From Pseudomonadota bacterium (GTDB taxonomy: Bacteria; Bdellovibrionota; Bdellovibrionia; Bdellovibrionales; SG-bin7), in the NCBI GenBank assembly GCA_034439715.1, contig JAWXAY010000052.1, positions 1 to 58,404 on the forward strand: 58,404 nt of DNA. The letters run 5' to 3'. The notes beneath the pieces were generated by a model. The model did no database searches. It had not been told where the DNA came from and saw only the letters and a program-made list of their open reading frames with translations. Position 1 is the first letter of the stretch. Each line of letters opens with the position of its first letter. A program made the position numbers and the translations under genes. Below, one piece after another: positions 10,484 through 20,628 of this stretch.

Positions 10484-11537
10484 ATTTCGAAAATCTCATA
10501 GGACTCTTAATAACGGGCAGGCCTGATTTCTTATCCTTGCCAAAAAAATTTCGCGAACGTAGTTGAGGATCTCGCACTAAATCTTTAAAAGTATTAATTG
10601 GCCCAACTGGCACTCCCGATTTTTCAATTAACTGAATCCAAAACCGAGACGGCTTAGTTTTGAAGTGTCGTTCAATCACCGATTTTAAAAGCTGGCGATT
10701 TTTAACTCTGATGGGATTCGTTGCGAATTTTTTATCTAAGTGCCAACGAACTCCGAGGGCTTCACAAAACAGCCCAAATTGTTTATCGTTACCCACGGCC
10801 AGCACAAACGAGCGGTCCTTCGCCCTAAAAACTCCGTAGGGCACAATGGTCGGATGATCATTACCAAGTGCGACTTCCGGTTTTTTTGTGATGAGGTAAT
10901 TCATCAGGCGGTGACAGAGCCAACTAATTTGCGATTCATAGAGGGAAATATCACAGTGCTGGCCTTTGCCTGTTCGAGTCCGTTCGATCACTGCTGCGAG
11001 AATAGCGATAACGGCATAAAGACCTGTCGTGATATCGCTGACTGCCATGCCTACCTTTGTAGGTGTTTGTGCATTGGGTCCTGTAATACTCATAAGTCCC
11101 GACATCGCCTGAATAAGCAAGTCATAACCCGGTTTTTCTTTAGCGGGTCCAGTTTGGCCAAATCCCGTGATGCTTATATAAATTAATCGAGGGTTGATTT
11201 TTTTGAGCGATGAGTAATCGAGCCCAAACTTTTTTAAATGCCCCGTTTTAAAATTCTCAATTAATACATCGGCCCGTGAAATAAGTTTAAGTAATGCCTT
11301 TAACTGCTTAGAATTTCTAAAATTTACCTTTTTTATTTTCTTGTTACGATTGATTGATATGAAATAAATAGAAGTGCCCTTAAAAAACGGCGGGCCCCAA
11401 CTTCTGGTTTCATCCCCATTAACTGGTTCCTCGATTTTAAGGATATTAGCGCCAAGGTCTCCGAGTATTTGTGTTGCAAACGGCCCGGCCAGCACGCGTG
11501 AGAGATCGATAATTTTTAGGCCCTTTAGAAGTGACAT
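10482..11537 (-). CDS. CaiB/BaiF family (class III) CoA-transferase
   Basis: DLSRVLAGPFATQILGDLGA, GDETRSWGPPF, NRNK, ENF, PGYD motifs. Confidence 0.93.
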   Translation of the reverse strand: MSLLKGLKIIDLSRVLAGPFATQILGDLGANILKIEEPVNGDETRSWGPPFFKGTSIYFISINRNKKIKKVNFRNSKQLKALLKLISRADVLIENFKTGHLKKFGLDYSSLKKINPRLIYISITGFGQTGPAKEKPGYDLLIQAMSGLMSITGPNAQTPTKVGMAVSDITTGLYAVIAILAAVIERTRTGKGQHCDISLYESQISWLCHRLMNYLITKKPEVALGNDHPTIVPYGVFRAKDRSFVLAVGNDKQFGLFCEALGVRWHLDKKFATNPIRVKNRQLLKSVIERHFKTKPSRFWIQLIEKSGVPVGPINTFKDLVRDPQLRSRNFFGKDKKSGLPVIKSPMRFSK

Positions 11538-11678
11538 ATCTTTAGATAATTTGCATTAGGGCTGTGCATCGTGCAAGAACTGAAATTATAGACCAAGGCC
11601 TATCGTTTCAAAAAGTTAAGATCGTTTTAACTTGTTAGAGCTATTGTTCTTCCTCTAAAATGTGCCTTTGAGGTCAAA

Positions 11679-12161
11679 TTGAGTGTAGAAGGAAACCCCC
11701 TTACCAATAAACTGGTCATACAAGCATTTTCTGATGGAGTGGTGCACACTCTATCTACCATGGCTAAAACTATACCTACCGCCGAAAAGCCCTTTGTCGA
11801 CAAAAAGTACAATTCCAAAGGTGCAGTGGCAGGCATGATTGGGATGGTTTCAGGAAATATTAAGGGAAACCTCACGATCAGTTTTGAAAAAGAAGCAGCC
11901 CTGGCAATTATAAATAATATGATCGGCGAAACCCACACTGAGATTGATGAGCAAGTTTTGGATGCTATTGGCGAGCTTACTAACATCATTTATGGTTGCG
12001 CAAAAACTATATTAAATGAATTCGGCTTTGCGTTTCAAATGGCTATTCCCATTGTCATCGAAGGTCACGACGGAATCATCCCCATGCATAGAGGTACCAC
12101 CCTTGTATTGCCGTTTAAAACTGGTAATCATAACTTTTACCTAGAAATTATCGTTCAATAG
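11679..12161 (+). CDS. cheX: CheX-family chemotaxis phosphatase
   Basis: DAIGELTNIIYG (ExxN) motif; G.IG..SG...G.LT.SF pattern. Confidence 0.85.
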   Translation: MSVEGNPLTNKLVIQAFSDGVVHTLSTMAKTIPTAEKPFVDKKYNSKGAVAGMIGMVSGNIKGNLTISFEKEAALAIINNMIGETHTEIDEQVLDAIGELTNIIYGCAKTILNEFGFAFQMAIPIVIEGHDGIIPMHRGTTLVLPFKTGNHNFYLEIIVQ

Positions 12162-12250
12162 TCAGTTCGAGAAGGTCACAGCGTGTTAAGCGTGGACTGT
12201 CGACTTTTTTGATGGCTCTCTCATAGAACTAATTAATTAAAGGAGAATAT

Positions 12251-12832
12251 ATGGCAGTATTGGTTGGAAAAAAAGCGCCTAACTTCAAGGCGAAAACTGT
12301 TTTTGGTTCTGACGTTAAAGATGTCGAGCTATCTCAACTCGAAGGCAAATATGTTTTGCTTTTCTTTTACCCACTTGATTTTACTTTTGTTTGCCCCACA
12401 GAACTTCACGCCTTTCAAGAGGAACTTTCTGCGTTTAGAGAAAGAAATGTAGAAGTCCTAGGGTGTAGCGTCGACAGTCATTTTAGTCATGCAGCTTGGC
12501 TACAAACTCCTAAAAATAAAGGGGGAATTGAAGGCGTTAAATATGGCATAATTTCTGACCTTGGTGGAAAAATTGCAAGCCAATACGATGTGCTAAGCTC
12601 CGGTGGTATTGCCTACCGCGGATTATTTTTGATGGACAAGGAAGGCATCGTACGCCATCAAATCGTCAACGATTTACCGCTTGGTCGAAATGTTCAAGAG
12701 GCACTTCGTATAGTTGATGCCCTTCAACACTTTGAGAAAAATGGCGAAGTCTGTCCGGCCAATTGGACTAAGGGTGCCGAGGCTATGAAAGCAACTAGCG
12801 ATGGCGTCAGTAAATATTTAAGTAAACATTAA
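12251..12832 (+). CDS. ahpC: 2-Cys peroxiredoxin (AhpC/TSA)
   Basis: FYPLDFTFVCPTE and GEVCPANW motifs. Confidence 0.93.
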   Translation: MAVLVGKKAPNFKAKTVFGSDVKDVELSQLEGKYVLLFFYPLDFTFVCPTELHAFQEELSAFRERNVEVLGCSVDSHFSHAAWLQTPKNKGGIEGVKYGIISDLGGKIASQYDVLSSGGIAYRGLFLMDKEGIVRHQIVNDLPLGRNVQEALRIVDALQHFEKNGEVCPANWTKGAEAMKATSDGVSKYLSKH

Positions 12833-13428
12833 AAATACGGGTTTTCGCCGCTGGCGTGGTCGGTGACATCGACCACGTCAAGAATCTCAGGGAAAGCATT
12901 TCTAATGGTAGTTACTACGCCCTCACGCAAGGTGAGAGATGACTGACTACAGCCCTGACATCCGCCACCCATGCGAATATAAACAACATCGTCTTTGACT
13001 CCCACAAGTGTAATATGACCGCCATGACTGGCCACCTGGGGATTGATTTCAGTTTCAATAATTTCTTGGACTCGCTGAGCTTGGGGATCGCTTAGGTCGG
13101 CTGCGAACTCGCGGTTTTTCTCTGGCGGATTTTCTTCGATTGTACCTTGATCGAGTGCCATCTCCACATGTTCTTTTATCAGGTTACTGAGTGGCTCTGC
13201 TAATACTTCCCAGCCGACCCAGTCTTGCTTAGCAACGCACAAATATTCGGGGGCCACCTTTACTTCACTTGTCCAAGGGAAGCCAAAAATTTTCGAAGCC
13301 AGCGGTGAACGCAAAGCTTCTTGAGCGTTTGTATAATTGACTACTTCGTCACTAATACGAACGTTTAGGTAAAATCTACCTGATTGATTAGATTCAATTT
13401 CAAATTTCACGTTAACTGAATTTGTCAT
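12829..13428 (-). CDS. NifU/Nfu-family Fe-S cluster carrier
   Basis: Nfu N-terminal domain (SPLA..IF) plus INPQVASHGG...GGCQGC NifU-C domain. Confidence 0.88.
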   Translation of the reverse strand: MTNSVNVKFEIESNQSGRFYLNVRISDEVVNYTNAQEALRSPLASKIFGFPWTSEVKVAPEYLCVAKQDWVGWEVLAEPLSNLIKEHVEMALDQGTIEENPPEKNREFAADLSDPQAQRVQEIIETEINPQVASHGGHITLVGVKDDVVYIRMGGGCQGCSQSSLTLREGVVTTIRNAFPEILDVVDVTDHASGENPYF

Positions 13429-13555
13429 TCTTAGTGTCTCCTCTAGAGTGGAAGCTCTTATAACACGGAGATATCCTGATCAACACCTTGCCGCGAGGCA
13501 ATATGCGTGATAATTAACCCATTAGATGATAAGAACTTATAACGAAGGAGTTAGA

Positions 13556-14293
13556 ATGATTTTAATTATTGCTAGTGACGAATCGTCATATAAGAAGCTG
13601 TCAGAGTTTTTTGCCGAGAAAAAAATTCCAACTATTTTTGCCAACTCCTATATAAATGCTATTGAGTTAACCAAAACGACCACATTAACTGCCATCATTA
13701 GTGAATTCCAATTAGACGAACACACGGGAATACAGGTGCTCGGTCGCTTGCGAAGTTATGGTATTAGGGCTCCATTTTTTTTGATTACCAATCATGTTTC
13801 TGAAATTTCTCTCAAAGAGGCTTTCAAGCAGGGAGTCGAGGCCGTATTTAAAAAGCCGCTATCGGTAGAATTATTGGGTCAAAATGTTTTTGAATCGATC
13901 ACTCACAAAAATGAGTGGAGTTTGCGCAGAAAAAAACCGCGGGTGTCTACCAGCGTTCAAATTGAATTTGAAGCTAGTCAGTTGCAAGGAAAGTATACTT
14001 GCACGGCAACTAGCATTGGTCTTGGCGGTATGTTTCTCTGCTCAGGAAACATACTTCCTAACGTGGGAGATTTTGTTGCGTTTAGTATCAAGGCTTCCCC
14101 TCACAATCGTTTTCCAGTTGAGGGCGAGGGCGTTGTACGCTGGGTGAGACTTAATTCTTCAAACGAAGAACCGATTGGATTCGGAATAGAATTTTATTGC
14201 CTGACTGATGAGGGATACCAACAAATTAGCGAGCTTTATAATTCACTTCGAACAGTAAAACCCGCCTCTGTATTATTAGAGCACCAGGTCTAA
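13556..14293 (+). CDS. Atypical receiver domain + PilZ domain protein
   Basis: REC-like N-terminus (KP motif; Glu at the phospho-Asp position), RRKKPR then PilZ-like C-terminus (G.VRWVR...GFGIEF); ATG 13556 follows AAGGAG. Confidence 0.75.
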   Translation: MILIIASDESSYKKLSEFFAEKKIPTIFANSYINAIELTKTTTLTAIISEFQLDEHTGIQVLGRLRSYGIRAPFFLITNHVSEISLKEAFKQGVEAVFKKPLSVELLGQNVFESITHKNEWSLRRKKPRVSTSVQIEFEASQLQGKYTCTATSIGLGGMFLCSGNILPNVGDFVAFSIKASPHNRFPVEGEGVVRWVRLNSSNEEPIGFGIEFYCLTDEGYQQISELYNSLRTVKPASVLLEHQV

Positions 14294-14385
14294 ATTTTTT
14301 GACAACAAAGTTATTTCCGGCTAGGCTTAAGTCGAACTTTAAATTTTCAAAGTTAAGTACTTAAAATTATTAGGGAAATTTCGAA

Positions 14386-16740
14386 TTGACCGGACTTCGG
14401 CGAGCTCTCAGCGTGACTGTTTTTTTAACCATGGGCCTATTCATGCCCGAACTTGTTGTCGCTAAAGCAAAAACGGCGGCACAGGGCTCAGGAAAAATCA
14501 CTCAAATCAAAATTGAAGGTCACAAAAAGATCGAAACAGATGCTGTTAATGCAAAACTCCAGAGTCGTGTGGGCACTTTGTATGATCAAAATCGAGTTCG
14601 TGAAGATGTACAAGCGCTTTTTGAAACCGGATTTTTTTACGACATCGAAGTTGATTTACAAAATGTTTCAGGCGGAATCATCCTCACTTATCGTGTTACA
14701 GAGAAACCCACTGTTTCTGAAATCGCCTATAAAGGTAATGTTGAAATAAATGAAGACGACCTAAAGGAAGCCAGCGCCCTAAAAGCTTACGAGATACTCA
14801 ACTACAATAAGATCAATGAGGCGATCGACAAAATACAAAAATTGTATGAAGACAAGGGTTTCTTTCTTTCAACCATTAAGTATGACCTGGAGGACATCGT
14901 CAAGGGCGAGACGCAAAGGCTGACTTTTAGGATTCAAGAAAATGATCGCGTGGTTGTAAAAAAACTGTCGATTTTGGGAAATAAAAGTTTGAGCGATGGA
15001 AAAATTAAGTCGGTATTAAACACCAAAGAGGACGACTTTTTTAGCTTTATGAGTGGCGCCGGTGCTTTTAAGCAAGAGGCCTTTGACGTGGATCTGCGCC
15101 TACTGAATTATCTCTATTACAACGAAGGCTATATTTTAGTAAAAATTGATCGGCCACAAGTTTATGTAAGTCCTGACAAAAAAAATCTCTTTATTACCGT
15201 GCGTGTTGAAGAGGGCGAAAAGTTTGATGTGGGCAAAATTGATTTTGAAGGTGATTTATTGTTTCCGGAGGATGAGTTACGCGCGACCATTGACATCGAT
15301 AATTCCAAAACATTTGTTTATTCAACGATGCAAAAAGATCTGCAAAAGGTGACCGAAAAATATGGCGATCTCGGATATGCTTTTGCCAACGTGATTCCTA
15401 AGGTTCGCCCCAATGAGGCCAGCAGAAAAGTTGATATCACCTTTGAAATAGATAAGGGTCACAAGGTTTATTTTGGAAAGATTAATGTCGTCGGAAACTC
15501 TAAAACTCGCGACAAAGTAATTCGTCGAGAACTCAAAATCACAGAAGGCGAGCTCTATAACGAAACTCGTAAGCGGGAATCACTCGAGAATGTGCAGCGC
15601 TTAGGTTACTTTGACGAAATTCATTTTAATAATAATACGCCAGAAGACCGCCAAGATATATTGAATATCGACATTGTGGTTAAGGAACGAAATACCGGTA
15701 CAATTCAAATTGGTGCGGGCTATAGTTCCTATTCAGGTGCGGTATTCCAAGGACAGATAAATCAAATCAACTTTTTGGGTCGTGGGCAGAAGCTGGGAAT
15801 TAATATCGATGTTTCTAAAAAAAGAAGCGTCTTTAACTTTAACTTTACTGAGCCCTACTTTTTGGACTCAAATTGGTCTCTGGGCGTGGACGCCTATCAA
15901 AGAAAAGACAGCCTGCCTGATTGGGACAAGACCGTAAAAGGGGGGGCGCTCAGAGTAGGACATCCTTTAGCTGAATATCTTTCGGGTTTTTTGCGATACC
16001 GTTTGGACGACACGGAAGTAATATTGAATGGGGAGGAAGTTGATAAAGATATAGATCTGTACCCCGTAGAAACAGTAAATGGCATTACAAGTTCCGTGCA
16101 GGTAGCAATCGAGTATGATAAGCGAGATGACCGCTTTGCACCCACGAAAGGGCTATTTGCCGGCACATCGTTAGAGTACGCAGGAATTGGGGGAGATCTC
16201 GATTACACATTGGGGTCGGCAAGTTTTAGGTACTTTAATAATCTTTTTTGGAGTGTGGTTTGGCGCAATAACGTTACCTATCGTTTCATTACTTCAAATA
16301 GTGACAATAAAGACGTACCATTTTCTGAAAGATTTTTCTTGGGCGGACCCTATACGTTGCGTGGCTACGACCCGTATGCGGTGGGAAAACGAAAATTCTC
16401 TGATGTGGCCTATACCCGTTATCTATCAAATAATCCGGGTGACCTTGCGGGAGCAGAGATAGCGGCATTGAGACCCTTTGGGGGAACTCAGCAGGCCTAC
16501 TATCAAATGGAGTTTGAATTCTCGTTGATCGAAGAAGCAAAGATTAAAGGCGTATTGTTTTATGATATCGGCAACGCTGACGATGTTTTAAGTGCCTCGG
16601 GATTCAGAAGCGACATGGGTTTTGGCTTTCGTTGGTTTTCACCCATTGGTCCGCTTCGCTTTGAGTGGGGTATTCCTATTAGTCGTAGAGAAACAGAACG
16701 AGCAGTAGTATTTAATTTTTCCATTGGTGCGCCATTTTAA
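14386..16740 (+). CDS. bamA: Outer membrane protein assembly factor BamA
   Basis: POTRA repeats (GNSKTRDKVIRREL), LRGY motif, C-terminal SPIGPLRFEWG...F. Confidence 0.96.
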   Translation: MTGLRRALSVTVFLTMGLFMPELVVAKAKTAAQGSGKITQIKIEGHKKIETDAVNAKLQSRVGTLYDQNRVREDVQALFETGFFYDIEVDLQNVSGGIILTYRVTEKPTVSEIAYKGNVEINEDDLKEASALKAYEILNYNKINEAIDKIQKLYEDKGFFLSTIKYDLEDIVKGETQRLTFRIQENDRVVVKKLSILGNKSLSDGKIKSVLNTKEDDFFSFMSGAGAFKQEAFDVDLRLLNYLYYNEGYILVKIDRPQVYVSPDKKNLFITVRVEEGEKFDVGKIDFEGDLLFPEDELRATIDIDNSKTFVYSTMQKDLQKVTEKYGDLGYAFANVIPKVRPNEASRKVDITFEIDKGHKVYFGKINVVGNSKTRDKVIRRELKITEGELYNETRKRESLENVQRLGYFDEIHFNNNTPEDRQDILNIDIVVKERNTGTIQIGAGYSSYSGAVFQGQINQINFLGRGQKLGINIDVSKKRSVFNFNFTEPYFLDSNWSLGVDAYQRKDSLPDWDKTVKGGALRVGHPLAEYLSGFLRYRLDDTEVILNGEEVDKDIDLYPVETVNGITSSVQVAIEYDKRDDRFAPTKGLFAGTSLEYAGIGGDLDYTLGSASFRYFNNLFWSVVWRNNVTYRFITSNSDNKDVPFSERFFLGGPYTLRGYDPYAVGKRKFSDVAYTRYLSNNPGDLAGAEIAALRPFGGTQQAYYQMEFEFSLIEEAKIKGVLFYDIGNADDVLSASGFRSDMGFGFRWFSPIGPLRFEWGIPISRRETERAVVFNFSIGAPF

Positions 16741-16778
16741 AATTTAGACAAGATTAACTTTAATAAGGGGAGATATTT

Positions 16779-17315
16779 ATGAACAAAGTTGCAACGAGAA
16801 TATGCTTGGGTATGTCGATGTTCCTGTTAGTGCCAGGATTAGGCATTGCGGGCGATGATCTTAAACTTGGCTACCTGGATATGCAAAAGGCCATTCAGGC
16901 CACATCTGAAGGGAAGTCAGCTCGCGGAGAATTAGAGAAGATTTTTAACTCTCGGAAGACAGACCTAAAAAAAGTAGAAGACGATTTACAAACGAAGCAG
17001 GGAGACTTCAAGAAAAAAGAAATGGTACTCTCGGATGAAGTAAAGGCTAGAAAGCAAACCGAGCTTCAGCAAGATTTTTTGAAATACCAAGAGCAGCTCC
17101 AAAAGAGCCAGATAGAAATTCAAAAAAAAGAAGCGGAGCTTACTAAACCAATTATCGAAGGATTGCGAAAGACCATTGACGAGATTGCAAAAAGCGAAAA
17201 GTACACGATGATTCTTGAGAAGTCTCAGCAAGGAATTGTTTGGGCAAAGGCCGAAATCGACCTCACGGACAAAGTAGTTGCAGAATATGAAAAAACCAAG
17301 AAGGCCAAAAAATAA
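16779..17315 (+). CDS. skp: OmpH/Skp periplasmic chaperone
   Basis: Signal peptide, KLGYLDMQK, coiled coil, DLTDKV; position after bamA. Confidence 0.9.
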   Translation: MNKVATRICLGMSMFLLVPGLGIAGDDLKLGYLDMQKAIQATSEGKSARGELEKIFNSRKTDLKKVEDDLQTKQGDFKKKEMVLSDEVKARKQTELQQDFLKYQEQLQKSQIEIQKKEAELTKPIIEGLRKTIDEIAKSEKYTMILEKSQQGIVWAKAEIDLTDKVVAEYEKTKKAKK

Positions 17316-17317
17316 TA

Positions 17318-17770
17318 ATGGAAAGTATTGAAATATTTAAACGGTTACCGCATCGATACCCTTTTTGTCTTATTGATCGAGTCAAAGAAATAAAATTGAC
17401 TGCGGATCCTCTTCGGCGTTTGGGCCGAAAGGCAGTGGTCATTAAAAATGTGACTATCAGCGAACCTTATTTTGAAGGGCATTTTCCGGGTAATCCAGTA
17501 ATGCCGGGAGTGCTGCAGGTAGAAGCCGCCGCACAATCGTGTGCGATCTGTGCCTGCCGAGATGGAGATCCTCCTCAGGATTTTGCAATTGTTGGTATTG
17601 ATAACGCCAAATTTCGAAGGCCAGTGATACCAGGAGATGTCCTGGAAATTAATGTTGAAATTATTAAAGAAAAAGGAAAAATCTTAGTGTTTCAATGTGC
17701 TGGTTTTGTTGAGGGCCAGTTAGCCAACGAAATGACTCTCACGGCTTATGTGGCGGAGCGCAAAAGTTGA
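17318..17770 (+). CDS. fabZ: 3-hydroxyacyl-ACP dehydratase
   Basis: LPHRYPF, FEGHFPGNPVMPGVLQVEA, FRRPVIPGD. Confidence 0.95.
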   Translation: MESIEIFKRLPHRYPFCLIDRVKEIKLTADPLRRLGRKAVVIKNVTISEPYFEGHFPGNPVMPGVLQVEAAAQSCAICACRDGDPPQDFAIVGIDNAKFRRPVIPGDVLEINVEIIKEKGKILVFQCAGFVEGQLANEMTLTAYVAERKS

Positions 17771-18546
17771 TTCATCCCTCGAGTACTATTTCGAAAGCTG
17801 CTGAACTTTCTGAAGGAGTTACAGTTGGCCCGTTTTGCGTGATTCGCGGCAATGTCAGGATCGGCAAAGGAACGATTTTGCATAATTCGGTCACCGTAGG
17901 TAGTGAAAGCGGAGTTGTTGAGATTGGCGAAAATAATCAGTTCTTTGCCGGCAGTGTAATCGGCGGTCCACCACAAGATCTAAAATACAAAGGCGAAACC
18001 ACAAAATTGGTTGTCGGGAATAATAATATCATTCGTGAGTGTGTCACACTTAACCTCGGTACCGTGACGGGTAGTGGAGTTACAAAAATAGGTAATGGCA
18101 ATTTAATCATGGCTTATGCTCACTTGGGGCATGACTGTCAGATTGGCAATAACAATGCTTTGGCGAATTGCTGTCAAATGGCTGGGCACGTGGTTTTTGA
18201 GGATAATATTCACGTGGGTGGTAATTGTGGATTTATACAATTTACGCGAGTCGGAAAGTTTGCTTACATCGGCGCTCAAAGTACAATTAATAAAGATATT
18301 TTGCCTTTTTCGATTGCCCAAGGTAGCTATGCGCTTTGTCGAGCTACAAATAAAATTGGACTCGAGAGAGCTGGTTTTTCAAAAGATCAAGTTGCCAATA
18401 TACATAAAGCCATTCGCACGATAATTATGGGATCATTGACTCTCGAAGAAGCTGTAATTCAAATAGAGGCAGAGTGTGTGCTTGACGACAATGTTAATGG
18501 CATAATCAAGTTTGTGAAAGATGCAGAAAAAGGTATTGCCCGGTGA
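17767..18546 (+). CDS. lpxA: UDP-GlcNAc(3N) acyltransferase
   Basis: Hexapeptide repeats, PQDLKYKGE, AHLGHDC, N.IGLERAGF. Confidence 0.94.
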   Translation: MIHPSSTISKAAELSEGVTVGPFCVIRGNVRIGKGTILHNSVTVGSESGVVEIGENNQFFAGSVIGGPPQDLKYKGETTKLVVGNNNIIRECVTLNLGTVTGSGVTKIGNGNLIMAYAHLGHDCQIGNNNALANCCQMAGHVVFEDNIHVGGNCGFIQFTRVGKFAYIGAQSTINKDILPFSIAQGSYALCRATNKIGLERAGFSKDQVANIHKAIRTIIMGSLTLEEAVIQIEAECVLDDNVNGIIKFVKDAEKGIAR

Positions 18547-19523
18547 ATTTAAAAATTCGAACCGCAGTTATAGGTGTTGGTCATTTGGGGCGATTTCATG
18601 CCCAAAAGTACAAGTCCTTAGAAACTTGCGAACTAATAGGTGTTTGTGACAACCTAAAAGAACGTTCTGCTCAGGTTGCCAATGAACTCAATGTGGAGAG
18701 CTTTTCTGACCCTCGTGAACTCATAGGAAGGGTAGATGCCGTGACGATTGCGGCAAATACCTCAGCACATTTTGAATTGGCAAAATTTTTTTTGCAAAAT
18801 AACATTCACGTAAATGTAGAAAAACCCATCACTTCGACTTCCATAGAGGCTCGCGAGCTTTGCGAGCTCGCCAATAAAAAGAACTTAAAACTACAGGTGG
18901 GACATGTTGAGCGATTTAATCCCGCGCTGAAGGCGGCAAAAGCCAACCTAAAGTCACCACTTTTTATTGAGTGTCATAGGCTGGCTCCCTTTAAACCTCG
19001 GAGCTTAGAAGTAAGTGTCATGCTCGATTTGATGATCCATGATCTTGATGTAATTTTATCTCTGGTCAATCGCAAGGTTACCAGTGTCTCGGCCGTGGGT
19101 ACACCGGTGATGACCAAAACAATCGACATTGCTAATGCACGAATCGAGTTTGAAAATGGAGCTGTGGCCAATGTAACAGCAAGCCGAGTTTCTCAGAGTG
19201 CTTTAAGGAAATTTCGTGTATTTCAAAAAGACCAATACCTATCAATGGATTTTGGCTCCGGTGACGTTCAACTCATTACTAAAACTGGAGAGTTTGAGTC
19301 TAGTAGCTCGACAATACCGTTTAAAAGCGAGGCCTGGAACTTAGAAAAAGGGGATGCTTTATTAGAGGAGACCCGCTCTTTTATTAATTCCATTATTAAC
19401 AACACACAATGTGAAGTTACAGGTGAAGATGGTTTATTAGCACTTGAACTTGCAGAAAAAATTGGTCATGACATCGAAAAGCGACTTGCCCTCAATATTA
19501 ATAGTTTCGGCCGAGGCCTCTAG
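18543..19523 (+). CDS. gnnA: Gfo/Idh/MocA oxidoreductase, GnnA-like (UDP-GlcNAc 3-dehydrogenase)
   Basis: GVGHLGRFHA, EKP, VGHVERFNPA, DLMIHDLD; located between lpxA and lpxB. Confidence 0.75.
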   Translation: MNLKIRTAVIGVGHLGRFHAQKYKSLETCELIGVCDNLKERSAQVANELNVESFSDPRELIGRVDAVTIAANTSAHFELAKFFLQNNIHVNVEKPITSTSIEARELCELANKKNLKLQVGHVERFNPALKAAKANLKSPLFIECHRLAPFKPRSLEVSVMLDLMIHDLDVILSLVNRKVTSVSAVGTPVMTKTIDIANARIEFENGAVANVTASRVSQSALRKFRVFQKDQYLSMDFGSGDVQLITKTGEFESSSSTIPFKSEAWNLEKGDALLEETRSFINSIINNTQCEVTGEDGLLALELAEKIGHDIEKRLALNINSFGRGL

Positions 19524-20628
19524 TGCCCTTTATGCCGAAAGATTGTTAGAGGAAATTCGAAAGCGAAACCTTGAGCTGAATGTTTTTGGCGTCGGTAGCC
19601 GCGAAATGGAGCGTTTGGGTTTTGAGACTGTGGGCCGGTCCGAAGAAATGGCAGTTGTTGGTTTCAAGGAAGTCATTGCACACTATCCAAAAATTCGTAA
19701 AGTTTTTTATGAAATCTTGAGAATTGCTAAAGAGCGAAAACCTAAGGTGGCTCTTCTTTTAGATTACCCAGATTTTAATTTACGACTAGCTAAAAAACTT
19801 CATGCTCTGGGCATACCGGTTGTCTATTATATTTCGCCTCAGCTTTGGGCTTGGCGAAAGGGCCGGATCAAACTGGTTAAAAAATACGTCAGTAAAATGC
19901 TCGTGGTCTTTCCTTTCGAAAAAGATTTTTATCTAAGGGAAGGAGTGAAGGTTGAGTTCGTAGGGCATCCTCTGCTTGAAGAATTGACCGCGAATTTATT
20001 TAATCCGAGCGATCGAATGAAAGCACGCGCTCGATACGGTATCTTGGACGATGAACTGGTTTTGGGATTGATGCCCGGAAGTCGAAAGTCAGAGTTAAAA
20101 AATCATCTAAGCACTCAATTGGGAGTGGCGAAAAAATTAGGACTTAAGTATTCCAGATTGAAGGTGGCTTTGCTAGTGGCGCCGGGACTGGAGCGGGAGG
20201 CGATACGTAAGGAGTTGCGCCATGATGGAGCCGCACTAATTTTAATTCAAGCTCCACCATTTGAAATGCTGAGAATGATGGACGTGGTACTTGTGGCCTC
20301 CGGAACAGCAACACTGACAGCGGGACTCATGCAAATACCAATGGTAATTATGTATAAGATGAGCCCATTCAGTGCCTGGCTGGCCAAGAAACTAGTTAGG
20401 TCGACAAAGTATTTCGGCATGGTAAACCTAATATTGGGTAAGATGGTGGCTCAAGAGAGATTTCAGAATGACGCCAATGAGGCCCAGTTAGTCAGTGATT
20501 TAGAAGTATTATTAAGCGACCCCTTGAAGCGTGCTTCAGTAGGTGAAGAACTTTCAAGACTCCCACAGCTCTTGGGAGATAAAGGGGCAGCAAAGAGAGT
20601 GGTGGATTCGATGCGAGAGTATTTTTGA
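19468..20628 (+). CDS. lpxB: Lipid-A-disaccharide synthase
   Basis: DYPDFN, YYISPQLWAWR, FVGHPL, MPGSRKSE, SGTATL; ATG 19468 (ORF track start 19444). Confidence 0.95.
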   Translation: MTSKSDLPSILIVSAEASSALYAERLLEEIRKRNLELNVFGVGSREMERLGFETVGRSEEMAVVGFKEVIAHYPKIRKVFYEILRIAKERKPKVALLLDYPDFNLRLAKKLHALGIPVVYYISPQLWAWRKGRIKLVKKYVSKMLVVFPFEKDFYLREGVKVEFVGHPLLEELTANLFNPSDRMKARARYGILDDELVLGLMPGSRKSELKNHLSTQLGVAKKLGLKYSRLKVALLVAPGLEREAIRKELRHDGAALILIQAPPFEMLRMMDVVLVASGTATLTAGLMQIPMVIMYKMSPFSAWLAKKLVRSTKYFGMVNLILGKMVAQERFQNDANEAQLVSDLEVLLSDPLKRASVGEELSRLPQLLGDKGAAKRVVDSMREYF

